Shown here piece by piece: positions 27,081 through 43,404 of a stretch of 64,000 bases of DNA; position 1 is the first letter of the stretch; each line of letters begins with the position of its first letter. Where the stretch lies: the NCBI RefSeq assembly GCF_009914755.1, contig NC_060936.1; one strand, written 5' to 3'. Made by a program: the position numbers and the translations under genes. Under the pieces are notes generated by a model, which was not told the origin of the DNA, did no database searches, and saw only the letters and a program-made list of their open reading frames with translations. This stretch comes from the human T2T-CHM13v2.0 reference genome, Homo sapiens.

Positions 27081-28239
27081 TATATACTATCTTAAATAGG
27101 AATTCTGCAAATAAACCAGGCTGCTAATAAACCAGTTATTAAACTAGTTATAACTAGTTAATAAAACATTAAAACAGTAGTCTTCAAACATTTTGGCCTT
27201 GAAACACTTTATCAGAAACCAAACTAAACCAACCAACCAACCAAACAAAAAAAAAACTTAGGAAGAATACAAATATTACACTAAAAAATAGGGTTGAATT
27301 TGTGTTTGTGTGGAAAAGGTGGGAATAGTGTTCCACCAAACCTCTCTCTCTTCATAGTATAGTTTGATAGCGTCACACCAAAATAATCCTAAATGGCTCC
27401 AGGAACCAATTAAGATATATTATGGGAGATAAATATTGGGAAATTAAAAAAAATTAAAATAGTCATAAATATTTATAATATGTTCCATAAAATGCCTCGT
27501 TGTAATTATCACAAGTTTGTCTTTTCCCTGTATCTATTATTTTTTCACTATCCCTATATACTATATTACTGTCACCATGTTTCCCACGATTCACACGTAT
27601 TCCTTAGAAAAAGCTGCTTAATATCCCCTTCATTTACTTTGCAACCATTCCTGGGACAAAAAAATACCAGTCATGAAATATTTTATGCTTGTTTGAAAGA
27701 TACATAGTTGTCCTGTTAGCATAGTGGCATCAATATAGGATACCCACAAGTATACAGCATACCCACATCTCCTTCAAGGCCAACTTTGTAAGGGAGTTAA
27801 TATAATATCGTCCTAGAGAAGACTGTCAACCGTCTACAAGTGTAAAGTCCAGCACAACAATGGATGCTTCTTTGTTTGCCTCGTGCTTTATTACTTCTAT
27901 TTATATAAGTAATATATGAGGTATTAATAATTCAGGACAATCATTTACCTCAGCATTTTCCAAGCATCTAAAATCGAGCAGTAATGACTTTATTAGATTA
28001 TTTTAAATATAAATGTGTGTTTGTTCATATAAATACATATATATGGGCATCTGATTATACAATTAAAAGTACATTTACATATTTTCATTAATTTATGGCC
28101 CACCTTGAGAAATGAGCCCTCGACAGATGACCCATAATATCAAAAAGTTGATGGGCTAGGCTTGCTTTAGCGAAGAAATCAACTTGAAGAACCAGCCAGT
28201 AGGGGAGCAGACCTGGGCAATGGTGAGCACCAGGGCTAG

Positions 28240-29620
<1,381 letters not shown>

Positions 29621-29889
29621 CATCATAAACATCTAAGTAACACATTTAATTCTGGGGTGAAAATGAACACATTAAAATTAAGTTGATTTAAATGAAATGA
29701 TTTGGCCAGAAGTGAAATTAAAGAAATGCAATGAAGAAAAATATATTGAACTGCCCAGTACAGGTAAATTTTATTAATTTAATTAGCAAATAGGCCAATT
29801 TCTGAACATCAACACTTTATATACATACCAGCCAGGTATAGATATATATTGATTTAGATTAAAAAAATCTGAGAAGTGATATAATGAAT

Positions 29890-30085
29890 AAACACAAACA
29901 TTTATTATGTGCGTGTCTAAGAACCTAGGTTCAAATTCTAGTTCTGACCTATAACCTCTCTTATGATCTTCAGTTGCCTCCTTTGTAAACTGGGGATAAC
30001 AATACTTATCTTGCAAAGATGGTATGAACATTTAATATTACAACGGATACAAAAAATGCTTTGTAAACTGAAACGTAATATGTAT
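29890..30085. mobile_element. MIR
   Basis: 'ctaggttcaaattctagttctgacc...cttcagttgcctcctttgtaaactggggataacaatacttatcttgc...aatgctttgtaaactg' is MIR core. Confidence 0.7.
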
Positions 30086-31399
30086 TCACAGTTATTAGAG
30101 CCAATAGTGTTGTTTATAAACTTTAAAAAGTAACACCAGCATATAAAACAAATCACACAAATTCCTACATAAAATGACCTCTTTCAATAAGACTACTCTT
30201 CATACCAGTGATTATATTTTCCTCTTGAGTGAATGATGCTGAAAAGAGCAATGAGATGCTTTCTAGCAGCTGTCTGTTTAACCCATAGTCAATTATTTTC
30301 AGATTGTTTATGTTGCATACAATGCATAGCATAAGAAATGAAACAAAAACATTAAGCATCTGAAATGAGCTTTTAAAAGTTAAGATTATTTAAGCATTTC
30401 ATTTATTACTCAATATATAAGATGTATAGCATAAGCATACACACACAGTAAGGAAATGAATTTGAAAAGTCGACACTAGGTGGGTCCATAGTAATGAACT
30501 GAACATTTTAAATTATAATGTGAAAAATATCTCTGTTTAAAATAGATGCATTACAGCATGAAAAGTCAATTGAAACTGAGCAAAATGAAAAGCTCAACTG
30601 GTATTTTAAAAAAGTATATTAAATATACACAAATAGAAAATATAAAAAGTAACTAAATATGCAAAATATTTTAAGTTATTTCTTAATCTGGTGACAGCAT
30701 ATGCAAGTTTCTTTTCATAAAATTATACAGACAATAATGCAATATACAGTAGAAATAAGATAGATATAAAATCTATAAATTATATTGAATAATAGTTCCC
30801 CAGAGAGGTGACTTTTCTGACTAAAAACAATAATTTTAAAATATCCTTGTGATTTCAGAATAATTTTAAGCCAATGGTTACAACAAAAACACTACATTTT
30901 ATCTCTGCAATAAAACATTGTGAGATGATAGTTAGTGTAAATAATAACATAGCTTTGGTTGCAAGAGAATGAAGGATTGGAAAGACTTCTTAACTAAGTA
31001 TTAGTAAAAAATGATTAAAATTATTATTCAGGATAAACAGCCCTTAGTTTTTCCTGTCTGTATCCTCTGATTGTTCTGGCTTTGGTGTTCCTAAATAGAA
31101 AATTTTTGAAGAATATTAAGTTTAATTTTGTTGCTAAGAAGATCCCATAATATCAAGGGTATTACAATATCCAGACCAAGGATAATCATAGCTCACATTT
31201 ATTAAATGCTTACTAAGTAGCAAAGCTCTATTACAAAGCACTTTGAATGCAGTAGCTCTTCTACCAACCCTTTGAGGTAGGCACTCCTGTTTGCATCATT
31301 CTCATTATAAAGAATAGGGCACACAATCAGAGATAGTAATTTGCCAAAAGTCAAATAAATAGTTGATGCCAGAATGCGGACTCTACTAGTGTTCCTAGT

Positions 31400-33000
31400 A
31401 GTTTCTTTGCCCCTTTTCAGCTAAATAACTTCAAAGGGATGTCTGCATTTGTTGTTATCACACAACCACCTTGCATTCACTTCTCAGTGAAATAAAGTAT
31501 GGCTTTTATCCACATACAGTGTGATCAAAACTACTCTATTTGATTAACAGTGACCTCTATATTACTAAATCCAGTGGAAACTCTTCAAGTCTTATACTAC
31601 TTGACCTTGGCTAAGCCCTCTGCTATGGTTTGAATATGTCCCCCAAAGTTCACATGTTGGAAACTTGATCTCCAATGTGATGGTCTGGAAGTGGGGCCTA
31701 ATGGGAGGTGTTTAAGCCCTCATGAATGGATTAATGCTGTCATCGTGGGAGTGGGTTTGTTATCACGGGAGTGGGTTTCTTATCAAAGGACAAATCCGCC
31801 CCTACTCCCCACCCCATTCTTCCATCTACCCTGAGATGACACAGGAAGAAGGCCCTCGCCAGATGCTGGCCCCTCAATCTTGGCCTTCTCAGCCTTCAGA
31901 ACCATAAGCCAATAAATTTCTTTTCATTATACATTATCCAGTCTTGGATATTCTGTTACAGCAGCACAAAACAGACCAAGATACTCTCCTTTATTCAGCA
32001 TTCCCTTCTCTTTACTTCCATTGCAGCAGGACCCCTGCTTTTTATCCTACCTCTCTGTCTGCCCCTTCATTGATTTCTTTGAGTATTGTTTCTTCTACGC
32101 TCAACCTTTGAATCTTCGAGATGCTTGGTCTGAGATTTCTCACTTTTCCCTCTCCCACTAGGCAATTTTATCTGTTAGTTTTGTCTATTTGCCAAGACTA
32201 TTTCTATTTCAGACACCTCTTCTAAATTTTATATGTCTTCGTGGATGTCTTACAGGCATATCAAACTCAACACGTCCCCAAATTAAACTCATCACCTCTC
32301 TACCTTTGACCCCAAATATTCTATCATGATAAATGGAGTCAACATCCACCTAATTGTTTGGGCCAAAAACCTACAAGTCATTTATTCTTGATACTTTCCC
32401 CTCCCTCACCATCCCAAATCTATTGATTCTCCAAGTCTTTCTAGTTCTATTTCCTAAGCATATCTCGAATCATGTAATTGTCTCTACTGTCATTGTCACT
32501 GTAAAAGTCCAAAGCATCACCATCTGCTGCTAAAATATAATTTTCTCTTAATTAGTCTGACTCTATCCACTCTTGCCCTCTTCAATCCATTTTTTTTCCC
32601 ACACTGTACCGAGACCAATGTTCGTCAGACAAAAATCTGATCACGCCATTTGCCATGCTTAAAATCCTTCAGAGTCTTCAATTTCTCACATAGAATAAAA
32701 TCTAAAACCTTTAGTATGGCCTACACAACACCTTCCTTATTGCTACCACGTGGCAGTTACAGCAGTTTTATCTCTGTTATCTAGATATAGGAAGTTATTG
32801 CTAAACTAAGGCTTTTGTCCTCAGCTATTTTCTCTGTTTGGAATTGTCTTTATCCAAATTTTTATTTGGCTAATGTCTAGCTACACTTCAAATTTCAGTT
32901 CTACTTCTTCTGAGTCACTCTTCTTTATGTCCAGACTAAGCTAGCTCAACCTAGTTTTTACTGTTACAGCATTAGAGTTGTTAATTATTCCATTTATTTT
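31400..33000. mobile_element. L2 element interrupted by an MST LTR
   Basis: L2 motifs 'aaactcaacacgtcccca', 'caaaaatctgatcacgcc...cttaaaatccttcag', 'ctaaatccagtgga'. Confidence 0.7.
31621..31982 (+). mobile_element. MST-family (MSTB-like) MaLR solo LTR
   Basis: Starts tgctatggtttgaatatgtcccc and ends cagcacaaaacagaccaagata; AATAAA at ~31911; 5-bp TSD ccctc/ctctc. Confidence 0.85.
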
Positions 33001-34085
33001 CAGGGTGAAAAGTGATAGCTTTACATGGGTAAAAAAGTCATAACATCTGGAACAATATTGAGCCAGATCAGACTATAGCATCAGGTACCAGTTCAAAGAT
33101 GGGTGGGTATGATTCAGGATTGCATTCTTTTGGTTTACTACCAAACCAGCGAACAAACAGTACAAATGTTTTACATGAGCTCAAGGACGCAAGTGTGCCG
33201 GCAAAACTCCACAGTTACTTTCCAACAAGAAGGACCTCAAAGTTCTGTGGCCAACTGTCCCCTGCCCCAGCTAAATGGGAACTCTGCCAAAATGAAGAAG
33301 CATGTCAGCGTGCACAAGTACACCCTACTGACATATAACACATTCTTGCTGTGCAACAGTTTATCACAATAATATTCTATTTTACTCTGTTACATTATTC
33401 AGTATGGCCTATCCCAGTCTATCATAAAAAAAGGAAAAATAATGACTCCTTCCCTCTTCACAAAGGAGCACCTCAAAAACTTTCAGCTGACTTCTTTTTT
33501 TTTTGGTTTTTTAACAGTTTTGTTGAGATATAATTCGCATATAGAATTTAATGTGTATAACATATATATATATCTTACAAACTTTGCTATTTAAGTACAA
33601 TTCAGTGGCATTAGTTACATTCACAATGTTGTGCAACAACTACCACTATCTGTTCTCGAAACTTTTTCATCGTCCCTAACAGAAACTCTAACCATTAAGG
33701 AATAACACCCCATTCTCTCTTCCCTTCAGTCTCTGGTAACCTCATATCTACTTTCTGTCTTTATGAATTTGCCTATTATATATACATATTTCATGTAAGT
33801 GTAGTCATAGAGTATTTTTCTCTTGGTGTCTGGCTTATTTTACTGAGCATAAAGTTTTCAAAGATTATGTAGTAACATGTATAATTGTTTTTTATGGCTG
33901 AATGATATTCTGTTTTATGAATATACCACATTTTGTTCATCCATTCATGTGTTGATAAACACTTGGGTTGTTTCCAACATTTGACCATTGTGAACCGTGC
34001 TGCAATGAACATTGGTGTCCGCTGGTGTCCCTGTTTGCAATTCTTTTGGGTATATAACTAAGAGTGGAATTGCTAGGTCACATGG

Positions 34086-34088
<3 letters not shown>

Positions 34089-34169
<81 letters not shown>
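34089..34169. repeat. (TA)n followed by poly(T)
   Basis: Direct. Confidence 0.97.
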
Positions 34170-34173
<4 letters not shown>

Positions 34174-34266
34174 AATGGGCTTGATTCTAACTCCTGGGCT
34201 CAAACAATCCTTCCACCTCAGCCCTCTGAGTAGCTGAGATTACAGGTGCATGCCAGCACTTGGCTC
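34139..34266 (-). mobile_element. Alu monomer (FLAM-like) with poly(T) and adjacent (TA)n
   Basis: 'ctcctgggctcaaacaatccttccacctcagcc...tagctgagattacagg'. Confidence 0.75.
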
Positions 34267-34416
34267 ACAATGGTAATAGTATATTTAGCTTATTGAAGAA
34301 CCATCACACTGTTTTCCATAGCATTCCTACCTGAAATGTATGAGGGCTCCAATTTCACTATATGCTTGTGAACATTTGATACTTTGTTATTATTTAGTAG
34401 TAGTACAGCCATCTGA

Positions 34417-34729
<313 letters not shown>

Positions 34730-35633
34730 ATCAGCTGACTCATTTTTATTCAACTCCCATAAATTTATCCAGGGGGATTTTAACCACAATTACCACTACC
34801 CCATTGCCTACAGTGGAGAGGTTTACTTCCACTTCAGAATATATATATATATATATTAAATTAAATATGTAAATTATATCATTGATTCACAGAAGGCAAT
34901 AGCTTCATACTTTTTTCACATCAGCCAAGTATAGAAAATGAAATATGTATATATCATAGTTATTTAAAAAATAATTATTTTGAAGAGAATAATTCTCTAT
35001 TCTTTTAATAATTCTCTTATTCTGAAATGTGAACTAGAGTCCCTGTTCATTCTTTGACCCTTCCCAAGTCTGTTAATTATTTTGCCAAATAACAGATTTG
35101 GGGAGGGGAAAAGCAACAGAGTTTGAAAGCTGCTGAGTGCTAAACATTGTGCATGTACTTTATATCACTAAATTACATATTCCTCCAAATAGGTAATAAT
35201 AGGTACTTATTTTTTTCCATTTTATTGACGAAAACACTGAGGCTCTAAAAGAAAAATTTATAAAAAGAGTAAAATTAGAATAAATGAATGGTTCTCAAAT
35301 TTTTACTGTAGTATCCATTTGGGCATTCAATAAATATGTGTTAGGTATTCAATGTAGTCTTATATAGCATCACAGAACACAAAAGAGATTAAAATTCTAT
35401 TGCTTTGGCCTAAGGATGGGGGAGACCTGTAGACTGCAATAGAACCTTGCCCTGCAAGGACACCCATAGGACTGTAACATGAAATAAATAAAACTAGTGA
35501 TATCAGCGTTACTTCAAGGTATGTCAGTTGAGTATTTTTACTTAGGAGTCAGAAGCTGAGCATAAACATTTTAGGGTATCAGATTATGAAACTAAAATGC
35601 TAAGCCACTAAAATATCCTGGTCAGATTCCTAA

Positions 35634-35987
<354 letters not shown>

Positions 35988-36460
35988 TAATTTTTTATTT
36001 TTTAATTGACAATGTACATATTTATGGGGCACAGTGTGATGTTTTGCTCTATGTGTATATTGTGGACAGATTAAATAAAGCTAATTAACATGTCCATCAA
36101 CCCATCAATGTATCATTTTTTGGTGAGAACGTTAAAAATCTATTCTACTAGCTATTTTATAATATACAACACATTATTACTGTGACCACCATGCAGTGCA
36201 ATAGATCACTAAAACTATTCCTCTAGTCTAACAAATTTTGGAATCTTTGATCCACATCTCCCCTTTTCCCATCCCTTACCACTCCCTCCCCCCAAGCCTC
36301 AAGTAGCGACCTTCCTACTCTGTTTATATGAGATTGACTTTTTTAGATTTCACATATAAGTGAGATAATACAGTATTTTTCTTTCCATGCCTAGCTTGTT
36401 TCGCTTATCATAATGTCCTCCAGGTCCATTCATTTCATCACAAATGACAGAATTTCTAAC

Positions 36461-36764
36461 TTTTTTCTTTTTTTTTTTTTTTTTTGAGACAAATTCTCAC
36501 TCTATTGCCCAGGCTGGAGTGCAGTGGTGTGATCTCAGCTCACTGCAACCTCTGCCTCCTGGGTTCAAGTGACTTCCTGCCTCAGCCTCCCTTGTAACTG
36601 GGACTACAGGCACGCACCACCATGCCCGGCTAATTTTTTGTATTTTTATAAAGATGGGGTTTCACCATGCCGGTCAGGCTGGTCTCGAACTCCTGACCTC
36701 ATGATCCACCCACCTCGGCCTCCCAAGGTGCTGGGATTACAGGTGTGAGCTGCGGTGCCCAGCC
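36461..36764 (-). mobile_element. AluS (Sc/Sg-like)
   Basis: Alu consensus; TSD cagaatttc. Confidence 0.95.
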
Positions 36765-36891
36765 AGAATTTCCATCTTTTTAAAGGCTGCGGTTAGGGGG
36801 AAGCCACTGTATATATACAAAACAGAATACTATACAGCCTTTACAAAGAATTTCCATCTTTTTAAAGGCTGTATTCTGTTTTGTAAATATA

Positions 36892-37545
36892 CAGTGAATT
36901 CCCCTTAACTGCAGGAGACACATTCCAATACTCATGGTGGATGCCTGAAACGTCTGATATACCAAATCCTGTATACCAGGGGTCCCCAGTCTCCAGGTTG
37001 TGGACCAGCACTGGTCTGTGGCCTGTTAGGAACCGGGCCACAGGAGGTGAGCGGCAAACGAGTGAGCATTACCATCTGAGCTCTGTCTCTTTCTGTCAGA
37101 TCAGCGGAGGCATTAGATTCTCATAGGAGTGGAAACCCTATTGGGAACTGCACATGCGAGGGATCTAGGTTGCGCGCTCATATGAGAATCTAACTAATGC
37201 TTGATAATCCGAGTGGAACAGTTTCATCCTGAAACCATCCCCACTCCCTGCCTGTGCCTGAATAAAAAATTGTCTTCCACAACACTGGTCCCTGGTGCCA
37301 AAAAGGTTGGGGACTGTTGCTGTATATGCTGTTTTTTTTCCTATACATATATACCTATGATAAAGTTAAATTTATAAATTGAGCACAGTAAGAGATTAAT
37401 AACTAATAATAAAATAGAAAAATTAGAACAATGTACTACAATAAAACATATACGAATGTAGTCTCTCTCTCTCTAAATATCCTGTAAAATACTATGGGTG
37501 ACAGAAATCACGCAAAGCAAAACCACGGAACAGAGGGACTACAGT
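36892..37545. mobile_element. TcMar-Tigger MITE (MER44/Tigger7-like), split by MER1B
   Basis: TA-flanked cagtg..ccccttaactgc end; 'tggatgcctgaaac', 'cctatacatatatacctatgataaagtt'; other end 'aaaaccacggaacagagggactacag'. Confidence 0.75.
36977..37319 (+). mobile_element. MER1B nested in the Tigger MITE
   Basis: TIRs caggggtcccc / ggttggggactgttg; TSD ctgtatac/ctgtatat. Confidence 0.88.
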
Positions 37546-38874
37546 TACTATGTTTTCTTTATCCATTCATCTGTTGATAGACAATTAGGTTGCTTCCATC
37601 TCTTTGCTATTTTGAATAATGCTGAAATGAACATGGGAGTGTTGATATCTCTTTGACGTACCAATATTCATTTTTTTTCATGTTTTTGTTGCACTTATTG
37701 ACACTAATGTTGTTTACCTTAGGTGACCCAGACAAATTCTACTCTCATTCCAATGTAAAAGAGAAAAAAAATCGCCAAAATACAATCTAACCAGTATTAT
37801 AAGATGAAAGGATTACGGGGAAAGGAATCAGCATAGATAAAGTCATAATCAGCCTATCTTCTTTCTTTTCGAAATCTAGATTAGTATCTTCCTTCAAACA
37901 GTTAGGTGCATTCTTCAGTTCTCTGAAACCTCCAAGCTTCCTGGCAGGAATGACGGGAAGATAGTGGTAATAAGAGAGTGAATCATCTTGCAAGAAAATA
38001 TAAGGGAAAATTCATTTGTGGGATCATAATTTTTTAGTGAATGAAATGATGCAGAAAAAGGGAAAACAAATAATTAGTGATGATGTTTTGGTGATATGAA
38101 AATTAAGGAAAACTGGTCAAAAAAAGTGGGGAGAATTAGAATAAATTAATAAAAGAAGGAAAATTTGAAATATGTTATAAGAAAAGGAGAGAAGACAAAA
38201 TATTAAGGAAGAAAATATTCTAGATATGTTTGGGGGGAAAGTATAAAAGCAGCCTGACAAAAAAGAAACTAAAATATCAATCTGAAAGTAAATAACTTCT
38301 ATTTGATGCTAAGGTAAAATAAATCACTTCTTTTTCACTGTATGTCTGCCTTGTTTTCGTTTTTTTCAGTTACAAAAATAATTTACAGTATTGTTTAGTA
38401 CTTGTATAGTCATTTTAGACTCCTGTTCACTAGAAATAGTCATATACTCTAACATGGGAAATATTCAAGTATTCTATTTAAATGAAAAAAGATTTGCAAA
38501 CATATTAAAATGTTGCATAGCAAGTGAAAGAGCACCACCTAAATCTTCTTTTATTGTTTTCCTTTCTTACTGATCCTCGATACTATAACAATAAACCAAA
38601 CCAGAACTTTACTCTTAAGATGAATTTGATATATAATATGATATACTTTTTTTTAAAAAAAAAATTAAGTGTAAAGCGTGAAAGTAATACAAAATCATTG
38701 AATAGGGTCCTGTGTATTCTTCATATATCTAGATATAACTTCTTTCTTCAGTCATTTATGTTGGTTGTTCTGAACTACGGTTTGTTTTATCTTTGTTAGG
38801 GTCATTATTGTCCTACTACAAATCATTAGTTTGCATTCCAGAAGCTCTGGAACGCTCTATGTTTCCTTGTAGTG

Positions 38875-39110
38875 GGACAGTGTGATGTCATGATTAAGCC
38901 ATGGGATCTAGAGCCAAACTATCTGGGATTACATCCTGTCTCTGCCACTCATTAGCCACCTTCTGGGCCTCAGTTTTCCTATCTGGAAAGTGAAGTTGAT
39001 AATAATTATATCTGCTTGTTAAGGTTATGTGAAGGATAGAATAAATGAATATAAATAAAGCACGTAGAAGAGTCCCTTGAACATAATATGCACTATAAGT
39101 TTTTCTATTA
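38875..39110. mobile_element. MIR
   Basis: 'tctgggcctcagttttcctatctggaaagtg...aataattatatctgc' is MIR core. Confidence 0.75.
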
Positions 39111-40594
39111 TTAAGACCAGAAAGGAAGTCAATAGTTTTATACTCTGTGACTTCTATTTAACCAGGCTTGCTACTTAACCTGGCAGATTATCCTTCTTAA
39201 CTTATAGATAAAATTCTGATGTGTAAATTATAATTAGTATATTTCTTCTAGCTGTAGACATCAACTTCACATATAGTCAATATAATTCATTTTAGCTATT
39301 AAACACCACAATGAGCAAAAAGAAATATTTTATGTATAATATAAATGTACAAATTTAAAGAACAAACCAATTTTGTATTTGACTCTCTTGAGACAGCCAT
39401 TTTAAAAATAAAAGTTGAATAATTTAAATTCCATCAGATTGTAGAACTTAATAAAATCCTTAGATAGTCATAAAATACTTTTCTCCGAGATGATTAAAGA
39501 AAAAAATTCTGTCTGGAATTAAATAAACCTAAAACTTATTTTGCCAAAATTGCTTAGAAACAGATACCAGACAGTTGTTTAATTCTTGGAGAAATTCTTG
39601 GAGAAATGGATGTGCAGTCCCGTAAAAGACCTTCAGTTTCTTAGAGATGATGTATTTAAATACAGGTAAACACATTTCTAAGAGGTGAACACTATTAAAA
39701 AAACAAAAAAAAAAAAAAAAAAAAAGAAGAGAAGGAAGGTAAACAGGATGAGGAAGAAAGGTAAAGAAGTAAAGACTAGTAGAGCCCAAGAAACAAATCC
39801 AGGGATTGGCCTAATTTTAGTTATTTTACTAAAAACTAAATGAATATAACATTTGCTAAGACTAGAAGTAACATGATTATAAGTAGATTTGGATAATATA
39901 ATGAATATTGCTTGCGATGTGATGTGGAAGTCCACTAGACATTCACTCGAAGGTGGATTTATAACTGCAACAAAAGTCAGTAAGCAACGTCATTATACTA
40001 CAAAGAGTCCCTTTTATATGCATGGAGTGTAAGGAAGAACATCAGTCCCGCTGATAACTCCCCTTTCAGTGATTCTACTCACTGGAAACTCGCGACTTGT
40101 TTTTTTCTGTTGTTGTTGTTTTTTTTTTTAAAACAAAAACAAAAACAGCATATATAAAACAACTAGTAAAACCTGTTGACTTGTAGAAGAATAGAATAAA
40201 CTGTGAAAAGCAAATACAGGAAGGAAAGAAGGGAAAGGAGGAAAGAAAGTAAAAGAAGGAGGATTCTGATTCTACAAGATGGGACCATTTCCCAAATATA
40301 CCAATATACCTACTTTATTATGACTGAACTCTGTATTTAACCTCATTATCCTTATGGAAATATCATTAAGTTCATACTTAGATAAAAACTACTTCGGGAT
40401 AGAAACTAGAGACAATAATAAGACTGCATTAAGAGCTATCATCTATAATTTAATGTAAATTAATTTACTCAAGATTAATTTCTTTCAATATTTCATTGAA
40501 GCCATCGCCACAATACAGGAGAAGGTTCAGAGAGGAGGTAGTAAGGAAACATAATTTTGGAATTTGGAGCATGCTATAAAATGATGCTTTGCTA

Positions 40595-40980
<386 letters not shown>

Positions 40981-42511
40981 GTGAAGATGCATAAAAGGAG
41001 ATTGAAAGTGTTGGAAACAAAATTTATCTCATTATTTTATCTAAGACACCCTTGTACCTAAGAAAAGAAAAAAATAAATAAATGCCTTCTTTTGGTCCTC
41101 TTGAACCATAACCCCGTTTTCACCCCACCTATTGGTTCTAACTCTGTTAGAACTGTAGTCCAGATACTAATTTGTGGAATAAATAGGCTTTTGTTGGCTG
41201 GCCTGGTTAGGCAAACACAATTCATAACTTTATTTCTGTAAGAAAATGTGTTGTGAATTCCAAATTCCAAACAAACTACTTGAAACAACCTGTTCACAAG
41301 TTTGGGACAGCTTGCACACTGTATGTTTTGGATTTAAGAAGTTAAATGACACCTTACTGGAGAAAAACGTATCATGACATGTGATTCATATAACTATTAT
41401 TAATCTTCAATAAATTCTGCTGGAGTAAGGACCCAAAGGTGTGCTAAATTAATTTAAACCACTGCAAAATTTGCCTGGTAAATTTCCAAGAACAGATTGA
41501 CTCAGGATATTTTCAATGTCCAAAAATTTGTCTTTCAGTCATAAAAAATATCATGTTGCACATTTCAACACTTATGTCTTCATCTTAAATTTAAAAAATG
41601 AGTCTAAATGTAGCCAATATTAAAAGTAAACCAATAAAACATATCAAAGTTTAAAACTGTATCTTTTGATTTATTTTTAATACAGGAAATAAAACTTTGG
41701 GGTTAATAATAGGAAGCAGAAGCAATATTAGTTACACACAGAACTAAAACATGAGACCAGAGATGTGATATCTAGCTTCCCTAAATACTATCACTGGTTT
41801 GTGCTATATATCGTTTTCTAAGCTGTTCAATGCACCTTATAAACATTATGCAGTCCTTCGTCACAATACATGGTAGAAATAATGTGAAATATTTGCTTTA
41901 AACCTAAAGGATAAGGAATTCATTGCCTTTATCACAAACCAATCTAGAGCCAAGCCAATGGCAACTCAGATTTTTTTTTTCACTCTGTGTTCTGTGTTCC
42001 ATATCTAGCTCTAAATGATGTCATTCGTTTGTCTGAAACTTTAAGACTGGTCAACACTAACAGAAAGTTACTTAATACCTGTTAATTTTTGTACCTCTAT
42101 AAAGGAATTATATTTTTCCCAAATACTCTATTAAATGATTCATCACCTTTAGACACTATCCAGACAATTAAGTGTTTAGGAATCTTGCACTATCTATCAT
42201 ATCTCCTCTTCCCTCCTCCTTTATGTCTTTAGATACATTTTTCCTTAGTTCTGGTCATTGCCTTTCTGAACTTAAATATTATACTTAAATGACAATTTTT
42301 AAAATGTATCAATTAAGGCAATATCTACTTATTCTTTGCTATGAAAAATGTGATAAATAGTAAACCTTTTCTTCACCTCTCCTCCTCACTTACCTCAAAC
42401 AACCATTAGGTATAATTTTTTTTTAATTAATTATGAGGGTTATTTATATTGTTTGGTTGCTTTATTTAGGACAACTAAAAGCTGATTCTAGGACTTTAAA
42501 ATGGTAATTAA

Positions 42512-42825
<314 letters not shown>

Positions 42826-42999
42826 CCAATACTTGTAATATTATTTAACTGTAGAACTGAGTAATTTTACTGGCCTCCTAAAAAAAGAAAATGTAATCTT
42901 ACATCTTAATGTTTTTTCTTTTTGATGATTAATTTTCCCAGCATGAGAACCTCACAAATCGTTTCTCATTTTCTTTCTTCCTTCCATATATATATATAT

Positions 43000-43000
<1 letters not shown>

Positions 43001-43042
<42 letters not shown>

Positions 43043-43213
43043 GAGACAGGGCCTTACTGTGTCACTCAGACTGGAGTGCAGTAGTGTGATCATAGCAAAC
43101 TGCAGCCTCAAACCTCTAGGCTCAAGCAATCCTCCTGCCTCAGCCTTCCAAGTAACTAGGACTACAGGCACATGCTACCATGCCTGGCTGGCTGGCTGGC
43201 TGGCTGGCTGGCC

Positions 43214-43272
<59 letters not shown>

Positions 43273-43404
43273 TAGATAGACAGATAGATAGATAGATAGT
43301 AGAGACAGAATCTCGCTATATTGCCCAGGATGTTCTCAGACTCCTGGCCTCAAGTGAACCTCCTGCCTCAGCTGGCCTCCCAAAGTGCGGAGATTATGGG
43401 CATG
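43001..43404 (-). mobile_element. AluJ with a compound (GGCT)n(CAGA)n(GATA)n microsatellite in the linker
   Basis: AluJ-type arms on both sides of the STR at 43185-43298. Confidence 0.9.

Larger units (their letters stand above)
35990..37665 (-). mobile_element. L1MA-type 3' end hosting nested Alu, Tigger MITE and MER1B
   Basis: 'gtacatatttatggggcacagtgtgatgtttt', 'ttcacatataagtgagataatacagtattt', 'atccattcatctgttgatagaca'. Confidence 0.85.

Noticed and set aside
39900-40100. CpG-retaining patch with actcgcga and a minus-strand GTGAGT
   Set aside because: No matching acceptor or promoter elements; too little evidence.
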